Assembly (NCBI GenBank): GCA_024137785.1
Contig: JAHRHZ010000282.1
Location: 372,001 to 436,000, forward strand
Length of the DNA stretch: 64,000 nt
Direction: 5' to 3'
Source of the DNA: Ginglymostoma cirratum
Taxonomy: Eukaryota
Shown here piece by piece: positions 35,091-48,192 of this stretch (within the stretch, counting starts at the first letter, position 1; each line of letters begins with the position of its first letter). The translations under genes and the position numbers were made by a program. Under the pieces are notes generated by a model. That model saw only the letters and a program-made list of their open reading frames with translations, ran no database searches and was not told where the DNA came from.

Positions 35091-38000
35091 GGTTTATGAA
35101 ACTGCTCTACGTGTGGCAAGAGTGATGATGGAGCAATTTCACGAGTAATGTCTGGGACCATTGCCTGTTTGAAGAAAGAAATAAAACGTTTTCTATATGA
35201 ATAATGAACAAGAGTTCGGTTCAAGGGCCATAAATTACAAGCTTGCTGGTGACACTAAAATTGGCGATATAGTAAAGATGGAAGAGAATTGGAGTATACC
35301 TTACGAGGATACAGACAGTCTGGTGAAATGTACAGACACACGAATGGAGAACGGCAATAGTTTCAACTGTGAAATTTTAGTTTTTGGGTGTACACTGAGG
35401 AGAGAAGATATAATCTAAATGGTCCAATGTTAAACTATGTACAGGAAAAGAGAAGGCTTCTGTTTAATATCTCTTTCTTAATATATCTGTTTGCTTATGT
35501 ATGTTTCCGGGTCTCCATTGCTGGGGATTTTGATCCTGCCACTTACACCAGACAACTCACCATTATGGTACTGCGTCTCCCATACTCGTGAGATTCGATA
35601 CGTCATTGATCACAATTCTGGTAACTCAGTATTGGCTGTAATGTATGATTCCGTGTGCTTGATAATATCAAACTGCTGCTTGAGGGTCAGCTTTAAAAAT
35701 TGTGGCACAAGCCCTCAAACATCAATGAGAAGGGCGTTGCAGGGCCAATAGGGCTGTGTGGATCACTAATATTTCCTTTGATCAAGACAATGCCACTTGG
35801 CTTCTTCTGCTAGTCGATTGATTAGGTAATATTGAGTAGATCATATTGCTTTGTATCCGGATTCTCAATTTAAAGAGACGAAATGAAAACAGCACGCTGA
35901 GCTAAAGCAAAGATTCTACCAAATGGGACTACCAGATAACGGATAGCACTTTTGAGGACCAATTACAGATGTTACTTTTAAATTCCATTTTCGTTCACTT
36001 TATTCTATTTTTGAATTACTTTATTTTTCAAATTCCTTCTTGTGATGTGGCCAACGCCCTGGTTGCCCTGATAACAATCAAAACTCAAAAACATTGTAAT
36101 GGGTTTGGAGTCGTTGGATGGCCTGGCCATTAAAGCACAAAGGTTTCCTTCCCCAAAGGGCATTAGTGAACCAGATGTTTTACTTTAATAACAAAAAAAA
36201 GTGCTTAATAGGTTACAAGTCAACTAATTTTTGTTATTTGCTGAATTCAGATTTGACTGCCTGCCATTTAAGCCTCCCTTCCCAGAGTATTCTCAACCCA
36301 GTGGCATTATCATTACGTCTTCGACCTATCCTAAATTTATTTCAAGGTGAAATTCAAACGGTGTACCAAACGCATTTTCCTGTGCCATTGGATAGATAGT
36401 TGAGTCACAGTTCCACTGTGACACATTTATTACACTTCCTGGCATCTCATTTACATCTGAACATACCCTTATGATGTAATGTTTACTCATCTTTTACCCA
36501 CCTACACATCTCACGAAACGATAACTAGATAAATAGTTTCCGGTTATGCTAATGAAATTCACTACAGAATTTTGCATTAACACAATTTTATCTGTCCTTC
36601 AGAACATACCGCGTGCACTGAGACATACCTTGGTTTGTCCTGAAGTGGTAGAACGTGTTGTTCACTATCACAGAAGAGAGGCAGAATCGAACCAGTCACC
36701 ATGCCAAAGTATGATATTTGAAAGAATGGGTTGATAGATACATACCTTGACACTTTACCCAAACTTTGACCTTATGATGCACTTATTCAACTCCAGTTTG
36801 AATTTTACTGGTCAATTCCGGCTTCCAGTACGAGAGCAGATTCGATAACAAGTTTAATTTATTTTAAAACAAAGACGTTTCCATTTCGATCAATATTCTA
36901 CTTCGATCAAAGGATAAAAAAAAATTTCTGCAGTGTGTGAAAGAGTTGTGGAAAAGTAATACCGATCCAGATCTTGAGAACGAACTCCTCATGTTGTTCT
37001 TGCAAGACGATCCCTCAAAATCATTCAGAAGGCCGATATACACCTCAGTCTAAATTAAAGAAATTATATCTCTGGTAATGCCACACTCCTTCAGGACTGA
37101 CGACCAGGATTGGGCTGTAGGGTAAGATCCTGAAATATACAACATGCTTCTTTGGAGTGTGACTTGATGCCTCAAGTTTATGGTTCAGGTGACTGAGGTC
37201 AAGTTCTTCACTGTGAGCTGCCTGGATAGATGACAAACAATGCAAAGGGGTATAGGGAAATGAAAGTTGGATGAACTGGTGGAAATATATTATTAATTTC
37301 TCACCTTTTAAAGGAAACAATGACACTGACGGCTGGGCACAGCAGTGGGTTCTTCATTTCCTGTTGGGGACTTTTTTTGCTCACTGCTCAGATGAAGACG
37401 ATGTTGCAGGATCTGATTACGAGGAAAATGTTGGACACATCTGAAAGGATGTACTGCGGATCATTGAAATCCAGACAACCGAAGCTCAGCCTCATACAAA
37501 AGGAAATGCCAAGCATAAGTGGCTCACAGCATGATGAAGCCAAGAGAGATGGTGAAGAACAGGAGAATTGACTTTTTGCAATTCGATACCTCCGGGTCTT
37601 TGCAGTTATCAACCCAGAACCCTATGCAGGCTTGGTTGGCTGCAATGAAGTGTTTGACAGTCATGGCATTTTAAAGCAGAATGAGGAGGAACGGGAGAAA
37701 TGGAGTAAAGGTACGGTCCAGTCGGTGGTAAGCCTGCCACGTGGGGGAGGTGTAGAAGGCTGACTTGAAAGGCAACGGAACCAAAGCACGCCTTCCAGCA
37801 TGTAGAAGGGCCGGTAGGTGATGTAGAAAGGAAGTTTCTTAATACAACTCAGTAAACAAACAATTCCTGTGGCCAGAAAGCAGGTTTCTCGTTGCAGTAT
37901 CTGGTGTTCCGGCTCTAGCAGTAGGTGGTAACTAAACGGTCAATGGTGAAGGCTCACGTCAGCCAGACGGAGTAAACGGGTGTTGAAAAGACCAGGACAT

Positions 38001-40012
38001 TATTGAGCCTGGTCGGAGGAGTGGAAATGACACTTTCACGAAAGTAGACGCCACGAATTCAGTTTATCACGACGACAGTGACGTTGACGAGGAAGTCACT
38101 CGCCGCTATCAACACCAAATAATTAATAATGCACTGACAGAGTCAGTCCAGGAGATAAGATCAATATGGCCAACAAGCTGTCATGGAGAGAAAATGAAGA
38201 ACATTATTGACTAGACATTATTTCCAGATATTTCCTTATCCAAATTTGACTGAAACCCTTCCAATTCCTCCCTTTGCCACTCTTAACTCTGCCTCTTCCA
38301 AAGCCAAGGTAATTCTTCAGCATCCAATGTTGGATTCGACAATTGTCAGGGAGTCACTGCAATCAGTCTCTGACACAGACTCCACTCTCTGGCAAGTGAG
38401 TCAATTCGTGTCTATCTACTGCATACAAGTATAACATGAGCAATTTGTGGCCAGTGCTATATTAATATCAAAACGCATTCAGCAACAAATCCTCTGTTTT
38501 GCTGACCTGCATTTATTCATCACCTGGCAAGCTCTCGGTTTTAATAATCCTTTCCACTGAATTTCCAAATACGTTGATACTCCAGAAATTCCTGTCCTTG
38601 ATCATTTCGCAGTAATAATGGATTTTTGCGAATGTGTAATTACTCCATTTTTAAATTCCTGATATTAACTTCTCCATCAGTGGTGGTTATGCCCTTAGCT
38701 ATTGAGATCTGATCTCTGCAATTTCGTCCCTTTGTGGCTTCGAGTTTTCTTCTCTCTTTAGGATGTTCCTGTTACCCTAAAGCTTTGATCAAAATTTGAG
38801 TCAAATATCTCCTGCTGTCGTAACTTATCAAATTTCTTGTCAGTGCTGCTGTGAAACATCTCCATTATATGAACATCAGTGACCAAAGGTGGAGGTGGAA
38901 AACCTTGCTGTTATAAGTGAAATCTAGAAATAAGCAATAAACTGCAACCTTCTCTGAGACATATGGGCATATGAATTAGGAAATTCCTCATATCTGACTT
39001 TCCCCAATAACCTTCGATTCCCTTGTCTGTTGAGAATCTATCTGCCTCTGCATTCAAAATATTCAGTAGCCCGTCTTCACGTATTTCCAAGGCAGACTTT
39101 CCAAGTTCACACAAATATCTGAGAACTAGGAAAAAAAAAACTCCACTTTGTCCTCAAAGGACTACCCAAAATTTGAAAAGGGTGTTCACTCGTTATGTGT
39201 TCATGTAGGAGTGCAATTATAGTTAACAAGTACAACTTGTCGAGGATATTCAGGATCTTATACACTTCAATCATATCACCCCTTATTCTTCTGCACGTTA
39301 GACGCCAATATATCTCACCAATGAATAAGAAATAGAATTAAATAAACTGTACAAAACATATGAACAGAAAAGAAAATGCAATACAGATTAAATGTTTTAT
39401 ATATCCATTTGAATCTTTGAAACTGTTCTGCAATTAATTCCCAATGCCATGTTAATAATGGGGAATATTCAATGGAGACAAACTATATTGTAACGATCAT
39501 TACATACATTCCAGTAATGGCTGAATATGTCTTTTGTGCTGCAATAAATTCACCAGACCCGATGGTCTGTAATAATTCATTCTTCAGTAGTATCATAAGA
39601 TCAGTGCAAGAAATATGCTGTAATAAAGGATCATAAACTGTAATTCCACCCAACACTAAAAGAAGCAGGTCGTATTTTACTGCATGAAATGAGAACTCAA
39701 ATTCTAACAATACAACAATAAAATTACAGCAAAACCACATATATTAATCCATAACTTCATACAAAAAGATATAATTGCATAGCATAATAAACCGAAGATT
39801 ACCTTGCAAACCTACAAAATGATTTACGAAACAATGTTCTGTAATTTACTGTTACGAAGTGTAATATCATATAATATTCACATGTAAACTTGAGTTGGAA
39901 TTCCACTATAACTAGAGACCGCTGAATAGCTAAAAACTATCAACACAATCCCAAAAGGGAAGGGTCTTATATCCTGGGAGAGTTGCAAAAGGCACTGGGA
40001 ACAATGACTTAC

Positions 40013-40082
40013 CAGGGATATCAACAGCAGGGACAATAAGATAGAAAATTGCAAAGAGGAAAGAAATGGCTGGTTCGTGCAT
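40013..40082 (-). pseudogene. Orphan exon 1 of a GPR139-like GPCR
   Basis: MHEPAISFLFAIFYLIVPAVDIP G|gtaagt, 70 nt, same length and phase as exon 1 at 30567-30498; no exon 2 recognised downstream. Confidence 0.7.
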
Positions 40083-40929
40083 TCTCTTTCAAAATCTAAA
40101 GGAACTCACGCTGTTGTACTCCTTCACTCTTGGGACGCATTCAGACTTCATTTATCCTGAGTGAGTGTCTCAAGATGGAGAATTGAGTTACAACATATAC
40201 CGCAGTTATAGTTCAATGAACAAACAGATTATTTCAGGATTTCCTGTTTTGCATTTGTAACTTGGACACGATGGATAATTGTATTATACTTTTGTGTGAG
40301 GTACTATCTGAAAATTCTGGTACAGAAATTTGCTGTCACCTCTGAAACACCACCCCAACACACCCCGTCACCACTCCAACACACCCATCACCGGCACCAC
40401 CAATAAACTAAGTTTTTCACTTTTCATCAAGTAGAACCTCTGATGTTTTTGGTGATTAGAATTCATATCTCATGGCTAAAATAGTCTTTTCTCATCTCTG
40501 TGATTTTACAATTTCTTTTCGTCCGAAGTGTCAGGTCAATTATTCTGTTTGGTGTGTTGGTAAGTGTTTTAGTGTTCGTTGTTTCAATATTAGATAAATA
40601 TTTCAATTGGTTTAAAGACGAGCTGTTTGAAATCACTGTGCCATGGTATGGGATATGAGATACAGACCATCACATGTAACATCTGTGCCATGTGGAAAAT
40701 ATAACATTCTGTTCCACTCAACTTCAAACGTCGCCAAGGCCTTCAAATGTTCGAGCAGTGGGTCAGATTTTCTGATGAAGTAAATGTTGACAATTGGCCT
40801 GGCATAATAGAAATAGATGAAGTGGTGACTGAAACATGGCTTTGAGCTGTGGCGTCACGTGCGCTGGTATTCATACACAATCGACGTAGTGTAGAATGAT
40901 ACATAGGCTGCTGGGACATTGACAGACAG

Positions 40930-41400
40930 ACCAGACTGCAATCTCACTGGGTCTAATACTTGCCAATACCTTTTATCGAATGGTATATTGCCACAGTGGT
41001 GGGTTAGTCAGATACACCTCAGCAGTTGGAAAGCATTCTGAACGGGGAAGGTGAACAGCCAGAAGTCGTGGTACATGCTGGTTAAAAATGAAATGAATAA
41101 AAACTGAGATCCTGCAAAAGATATTTCGACAGTTAAATAGTAGATCAAGTGGAGGATTGCTAAGATTTTGATATCGTCATTACTTCAAGTGCCACATGCT
41201 ACGGAGTATAGAAGTAGGAAGAGACACCAGATGAATTCATGGCTAAAGTGATGGTTGGGAGGAAGGGTTTTGGATTTTTGGATCATTGAGAAAATTTCTG
41301 GGGTAGGTGGGTCATGTAAAAATTTTACGGGTTACACTGGAACCTGTATAATATTTTAGCTAGGAGATTTGTCATGTTATTGGAGAGGGTTTAAAATAAA
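40930..41400 (+). mobile_element. CR1-type LINE ORF1 (esterase-like) fragment
   Basis: GEGEQPEVVVHAG, RVLISSLLQVPHA-like and FLDH*ENFWGRW..GLHWN motifs. Confidence 0.6.
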
Positions 41401-41499
41401 TTGGCAGTGTATGGAGCACAAAGTAGATGTAAAGTCTGGAGCAGGATTCAGTCTTATGTAGAAGGAATGCTATTATTGACTCCTTAACTCTTGATTTTC

Positions 41500-42320
41500 A
41501 AAAGTGATAAGATCTGGTCAGTATCCAAGCTTGGGCTGACAAGTGCCAAGTAACATTCACACCACACAGATTCCAGGTAATGACTATCTCCAGACAAACA
41601 ATGAAAACACCTAACCACTGCTCTCGAATTTTGATGGTATTACCATGACTGGATTAACGATAGTTAACATGGTGGCGGTTTCCATTGACCAGAATATAAC
41701 CTGGACTTGCCATAAAATTTCAGTAACTACAAGACCAGGTTGGAGAATGCGAAGTGTAACTCACCTTCTGACTACACATAGGCTGCTCACCATCTATAAG
41801 GGGAAAACAATAAGTATAATCAAATACTCACCACTTACATGGGTGGGTGCAGCACCAGAATCACCGAAAAAGTTTAAAACCATTTAGGACAAAGTAGTCC
41901 ACTTGAATGGTCCTACATCCACAATGATCCACTGCCTCCGCCAACCTGGACGCTCAGTAGCAGCAGTGCGTGAATGTACGAGATAGACTGTAGAAATTCA
42001 GCAAAAATCCTTAGGCATCTCCTTAAAGTCCACAGCCAGTTCCACCTAGATAAAGCAAGGGCAGCAGAATCATGGGAACACCACCACCTGCTTGTTCCTC
42101 TTCAAGACACTCACCATCCTTGCATGGAATTATATCGCTGTCCCTTCACCGTGGCTGTGTCAAAAACTGGAATTCCTTCATTCAGGGCTTTATGGATCTG
42201 CCTGTAGCACATGAACTGCAGCCGTTCAAGAAGTCAGTTCGAAATGACCTTCTCAAGGGCCACTTGGATTGGCAGCAAATGATGCCCCAGACAGCGATGC
42301 CCACGTCCCCCCAGTGAATA
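41500..42320 (+). mobile_element. LINE 3' fragment (related pieces about 11340-11620 and 63440-64000)
   Basis: WADK.QVTF.P..FQ.MTIS and TIYK....I.YSPLTW motifs shared between copies. Confidence 0.6.
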
Positions 42321-43489
42321 GCAAAACACAGAGAGACTAATGTGGATGTTCAAGGGGCTATGACAATAATGGTTAAATATTCCCAGCTCGAGAGCTTTGA
42401 TAAAAATTGGGGGATAGGGCGAGCATAATGATTACGTCGGACTAACGAAACATGAACTGTGGTAAACTGTCATTGATAATTACATCAAAAATTTGCTTTT
42501 TTCCATTTTGGTCGTCAGGTATTCTAAAGCATTTGGTCGGGTCCTGTCACGTGATTTAAACAAACGCAGTGTTGCTGGCTAAGAAACAATTCAGACAGAA
42601 TGAAAAGATTTCGCATGCAATTTTGAAATCCAATCACAGAACAAATAAGCTGCAGAATATTAAATAGGCAGGTCAACGCAATCCCATCAAGAGCAAGGAA
42701 CGGTGGCCAATCAATGCTTGCCCAGTCAGTTCGTCCCACATCCCGTGAATTAATAATGATTATAAAAACGTATCAATCATCCATTGTTCTTCTGGGAACA
42801 CCTCATTCTCTGTCACTGCAGTTCTGAACCTTGTACCATATGGATGCAGAAATCCATCATGACTCAAAGGAATGAACGTAAAAGGAATAGATGATTTCTG
42901 TAATAGGAAAACTGCACGACGGTGAGAATTTATTCTTCACTTATTTCATTTTTATTGTGTCTAGCGACTGACGATATCATTCAGCCACTGCAACTCCTTC
43001 AGGTCACGCGTCAAACCGACATTCCACGAGCCCATTCGGGAAGAAGTGAAATAGTTCACTGCCCTATGAGAATTGAGGGGAGGGGGATCCTAATGGTGGC
43101 CTGGCGCAAGCTTTCAAACTGAACGAACACCATACATTGAGCAGAAACAAACGGGAACAATTTATTGATTTGGATGATTATAATTAATGGTGTGGAATGT
43201 TGAAATGACTTAATGGCCTACTCCTACTCCCACTTTCTATGCTGGACTAATTCTCCTCCAGAAGTAGTGGCTCATGACCTCTCAATGCTTTAATTTCACA
43301 ATTCTGTTTTGTTTTCCGCCTATTTATCCCAGGTTGTTCAGATTTTGTTTTGAAACCCCGTATTGCGACATCATGTCCTCTGGTGACAGCATGCAGCCTA
43401 CTGTCATTGTTTTGTCAATTTTTAACCTGTATAAAGTGGCCAGGGCAAGTTTCAGCAAGTTGAAGTGCCAACAGTCTGAGCAGGATAGA

Positions 43490-45155
43490 TAACTGAGAAT
43501 TCCAAGATATTCTGCAGGCACATCAAGAGGAAGAGAATAACCAGGGAAAGAGTAGAGCCGATTGTGGATCAAGAGTGAAATCTGTGCATCGAGCCCGAGG
43601 ACATTAGGGGAATGTGAAACCAATATTTCATGAATGTCTTCACTCAGGAAAATGATGGTGTACGTCCAGAAATCAGGAAGATAGGCTGAAATTCTTGAAC
43701 AGATTGATATGAAGAGTGGTGAATGTTTTGGAGGTTTTGGTGGGTTTAAGAATGGATACACCTTTAGGTGAATAAATTATGTTCGAGCGTGCTGTGGGAG
43801 ACGAGGGAGGCAATGATAGGTTTTCCCTCAAATGATTAATTTCTGCCTGGCCATAGGGGAGGTGGCAGAGGGCTGAAAGGCAGCTGATGTCGTCCACTTT
43901 TCAAGAAGATTCTTAAGAATAAACCAGGGAATCACAGGTAGGGAAACAATTGGAAAAAATTCTGGAGGAACGAATCAAGCTTCATTAAGCAAGGCAGAGT
44001 TTGATTAGGGAAAAATCGTCATGACTTTGTCAGACAAAGGTCATGCCAAATAAATCTGATTGAATCATTTCATGAGTTGACTAAGTATATAGATGAGGTT
44101 CGTGTAGTTGATGGATTTCAGTAAAGCTTTTGACAAGATTCCATGTGCGAGACGGATGAAGAAGGTAATAGTACATAATATCCAGGGTAACTTGTTAAAT
44201 TGGATCCAAAATTGGTTCAGAGGTAGAAAACAGAAATTGGTGGTAGAAGGTTGTTTGTGCGACTCGAGGCCTGTGTTCAGAGTCAGGGATAAGTGCTGTG
44301 ATTCATCATTGTTCAATATATGCATATGCAAATCATGCAGATTGGAACTTGCGGTGTGGGGTTGGGACGTGAATGTCAAATAACCATGTGAATGACGTAA
44401 TTATTGGCCACACTGTTGATCATGCCAACGGAGGTGTTGGCTTAGAGGAAGAAACAAACGGTTTTGGCGGATAGGCAGGTCAATCGGGGGTGGAATTTAA
44501 ACCTGATGAGTGTGAGGTGATTCACTTTGAAAGGAGTGAAAAGACGAAGATGTATTCAATGAATGGCAGGACATAAGGGAGCTCAGAGGAACAAATCTTG
44601 AGGTGGTTGTCCACAAATCCCTGGAAGGTGGTAAGATGGGTTAATATAGTTGTTGAGAAGGTATGTGTGACACCTGCCTTTACCAGGCATAGCATAGATA
44701 AAAGAGCAGGGAGATTATCATGGAGCAGTGCAAAATTTTGGTTAGACCACAGCTAGAGTATTGTGTGAAGTTCTGATCTCCACTCCACAGGAACGAAGTG
44801 ATTGAACTGAGGGGTTTCAGATGTTAATGAGCGGCGTAGAAATATTGAAGGAAATGAAGCTGTTGGCTTTAGTTTAGCGTGAACTAACAAGGGAGCATAA
44901 TTTTATAGTGAAATCACGAGATTAAGTCGTGTTTCTGAGGAACAAATTTCACACAGAGGCTGATGCATTTCCTGGCGACGTATTTCAGGCGGACGGCTCC
45001 CTTTACAAATAATTCATATGAGCGTTTGAAGTATCATAGCATTCAAGCTTTCTTGCCTAGTGCTGCAAAGTAGGGTCTGTGTACATTTAGGGTAGCTTTG
45101 GAGGTGCAACTTGATGGACTAAAGCGTCTCTTCTGTACTCTATGATTCTGTAATT
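43490..45155 (+). mobile_element. CR1-type LINE ORF2 3' portion with tail
   Basis: MDFSKAFDKIP, NWIQNWFRGRKQKLVVEG and LVRPQLEYCVKF motifs; tail CTGTACTCTATGATTCTGTAATTCT. Confidence 0.85.
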
Positions 45156-45287
45156 CTTTTTATTGGAGCTGATATGAACATCTACGCATAAGGGCCAATG
45201 ACATCATCTGTGCTGACCTCAAACAGAAGAGTCAGTTTTACCACAAGTTGGAATCGGTAATCAACATTCCATACAAGTTTATTCTGT

Positions 45288-45485
45288 GATACCAAGGTGT
45301 AGAGCTGGATGAACTCAGCAAGCCAAGCAGCATCAGAGGACCAGGAAAGCTAACGTTTCGGGTCTGGACACTTCTTCAGAAAGAAGAACCCTTCCTGCCG
45401 CTCTGATGCTGCTTGGCCAGTTGTGTTCATCCATTTCTTCACATTGTTATCTCAGATTCTCCAGCATCGGCAGTTCCTACTCTGT
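45288..45485. mobile_element. Inverted pair of Penelope-like terminal repeats
   Basis: AAGGTGTAGAGCTGGATGAAC..CCAAGCAGCATCAGAG followed by its reverse complement. Confidence 0.8.
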
Positions 45486-45686
45486 CTGAAGTTTCTTCTG
45501 TGGTTTGTTTTCTAGAAAGCTTCTGGAAACAATTTTGCGACAGTTTGATTCGGGGCTACTTTGGTTTCCTTTCAGCCATATCATTCACCACACAACAGTG
45601 CATATCACTTTGTGGTTGCATTTACTTAGGCAATTCCTCACACATTACACAAACTTGAACAGAATGAAGCTCCAAAAGTACACAAC

Positions 45687-45725
45687 AGTTTTTGTACTGG
45701 GCTGAGACTGCTTTCTGTCACTGTG
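45687..45725 (-). other. Consensus-quality 23-RSS
   Basis: CACAGTG-23 nt-ACAAAAACT. Confidence 0.95.
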
Positions 45726-46182
45726 AGACTGAACGCACAGTAATACACAGCTGCGTCAGTCAACTGCAGCCTCGAAATGATTAAACTGGTGAATTTTGAC
45801 CCGGTTTTGAGTTCTGCAGAGAAACGGTCTCTAAAAGCATCTCCTTTCCTTTGGTCTGCATTCCAAGACCGTCTCCACACAATAAACTGGAGCTTTTTAT
45901 TTGGTTGTTGCCGGTACCAATATAAATAGTAGGACTCTTCTGTCGTACTATAAGTACATCTTATAGTCGCTGTTTCATACTCAGCCTTGCTGTCTGAAGA
46001 CTGGGGCTGAGTGACGGAATTACCATCACTCAGATCTGTAAAGTGTCCAAAAAGAAGAAAGGAAAGCATTAAAATCTGTCACTGGAACAATAGTGCATAT
46101 TTAGTTTGACTGCATAATAATTAAACGCTTCCTTACCCAGAATGAACATCCCGACCAGAACCCAGGCGCCGAATATCCGCAT
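45726..46182 (-). CDS. Intact TCR alpha/delta-type V gene segment (leader 46182-46137, V exon 46035-45726)
   Basis: GCAGCCATG start, leader MRIFGAWVLVGMFIL G|gtaagg, acceptor tttacag, DLSDGNSVTQPQSSDSKAEYETATIRCTYSTTEESYYLYWYRQQPNKKLQFIVWRRSWNADQRKGDAFRDRFSAELKTGSKFTSLIISRLQLTDAAVYYCAFS with Cys23, Trp41 and YYC. Confidence 0.95.
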
Positions 46183-46561
46183 GGCTGCTGCCAAGTGCCA
46201 CTCTGTCAGTTCCTTTAAAAGCCGAACTCAGACAGGAAGACATCCCTTCAGAGACTCCAATTGGCTCATTGTCACTTCCTTGAGTAATGGTTCACTTCCA
46301 ATAGGGTAATTTTAGTTTGCACCCGAATATTACGGTGAGATTTGCACAAGTCCCTTTGCCTCACTGTGTAAATTCTATGATTGTGGAGATTACAGACTAC
46401 GAGTCTCTTTTAATCATCTCCAAAAATAAAAGCAACATCACGAATCTTTCGAGAAATTACGTGCAATAATTCCATGGCAATGGATGTCGGAAATAGAATG
46501 GGGATTGGAGAACTTTATCGGAATGTCTCTATACCACAAAACTGTGATGAGGAAAATTATT

Positions 46562-47790
46562 AAGGTGAGGCAGGATTTCCTCCGCTATTCCCAATTCCTC
46601 GCCTCCGCCGCATCTGCTCCCAGGATGAGGCATTACATTCCTGAAAATCTCAGATGTCCTCGTTTTTCAAGGATGGCAGCTTCCCCACCCTCACTGGTCG
46701 AGAATATCCTCGACCATATCTCCCACATTTCCCACAACTCATCCCTCACACCCACTTCCCACAATAACAACCAAAACAGAATCCTTCTCATCCTCACGTA
46801 CCCTCCCATCAACCTCCGGATCCAACGCATCATCCTCCGACGCTTCCACCATCTCCAATTCGCCCCCATCACCAAAGACATTTTTTCCCTCCCCACCCTT
46901 ATCTGCTTTCTGGAGGGACTACTCTCTCCGTGACTTCGTTGTCCGCTCCACACCTGGCACTTTTCCATGCAACTGCACGAAGTGCTACACCTGCCCCTAC
47001 ACCTTCCCCCTCACCCCCTTCCAAGGCCCCAAGAAGACCTTCCACATCAAGCAGATGTTCACCCGCATATCTGCTAATGTGGTATAATGTGTTCGCTGTT
47101 CCAAATGTGGCCTCCTCTACATCGGGGAAACCAAGCAGAGTCTTGGGGACTGCTTTGCGGAACACCTACGCTCGGTTTACACTAAACAACTGCACCTCCC
47201 AGTCGCCAACCATTTCAACTACACCTCCCATTCCTTAGACAATATGTCCATCCTGGGCGTCCTGCAGTGTCATAACGATGTCACCCGAAGTTTGCAGGAA
47301 CAGCACCTGATATTTCGCTTGGGAGCCCTGCAGTCCAATGGTATCAATGTGGACTTCACAAGCTTCAAAATCTCCCCTCCCCCGACCGCATTCCAAAACC
47401 AGCCCAGCTTGTCACCGCCTCCCCATGCTGTCCTTCCTCCCACCTATACCCTCCTCCTACCTCAAGCCCCACTCCCATCTCCCAACTACGAGACTCATCC
47501 CGTCCCATTGACCTGGCCGTCTTCCATGGACTGTCCTGTCCCCTCCTTAACTCCCCACCTACACTCATCTTTACTGGCTCCACCCCCACCTCTTTGACTT
47601 GTCTGTCTCCTCTCCACCTATTTACTCCTTTAACCATCTTCTATCTGTTTCCCCCTGTCTCCCTATTTGTTTCAGAACCCCCTTCCCCTCCCCTATTTCT
47701 GAAGAAGGGTCTGGGTTGTAAACGTCATCTTTCCTGCTCCGCTGATGCTGCTTGGCCTGCTGTGTTCATCCAGCTCTACATCTTGTTATC
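46562..47790 (+). mobile_element. Penelope-like retroelement 3' part (RT C-terminus, GIY-YIG endonuclease, terminal repeat)
   Basis: YSQFL.LRRICS and VV*CVRCSKCGLLYIGETKQSLGDCFAEHLRS..EQHLIFRLGALQSNGINVDFTSF motifs; terminal repeat at about 47697-47790. Confidence 0.9.
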
Positions 47791-48192
47791 TATATTACAC
47801 AATATTCTGTTTACAGTCAAATGATTAGTTTTGTGTTAAATAGAGGGCTTTTCTCCTTTTGTTCTGTCTCACACACAAGTTCACCCTTTTGAAGGGATCC
47901 CCCTGTTATCTTTTTCCTCCAACCCAGTCTTCAACAACAAGGGCAAGGGACTCAAGCTGTTTCTTTGTCAATAAGATTGAGACAACACAATCAACTGCCT
48001 CTGTTGCTTCCTTCCTTTTCACTAGCTCATCAGGTCAAACTGACTTCAAAGTTCGTCCTTGCCTGAGCCCCAAGTAGGATCTTGCTTCGTTTCCTCTCAG
48101 ATTTTCCCTCATGAATTCTGAGCTCATCTTGTCTACAAGAAGTACTGCGCGCACTATAAACATTATTCCAAATGAATTTAAAAGGAATGCTA

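Noticed and set aside
16149-40998. Isolated CACAGTG/CACTGTG heptamers (about 16149, 18600, 20026, 30073, 32715, 40992)
   Set aside because: No nonamer at proper spacing and no adjacent coding segment
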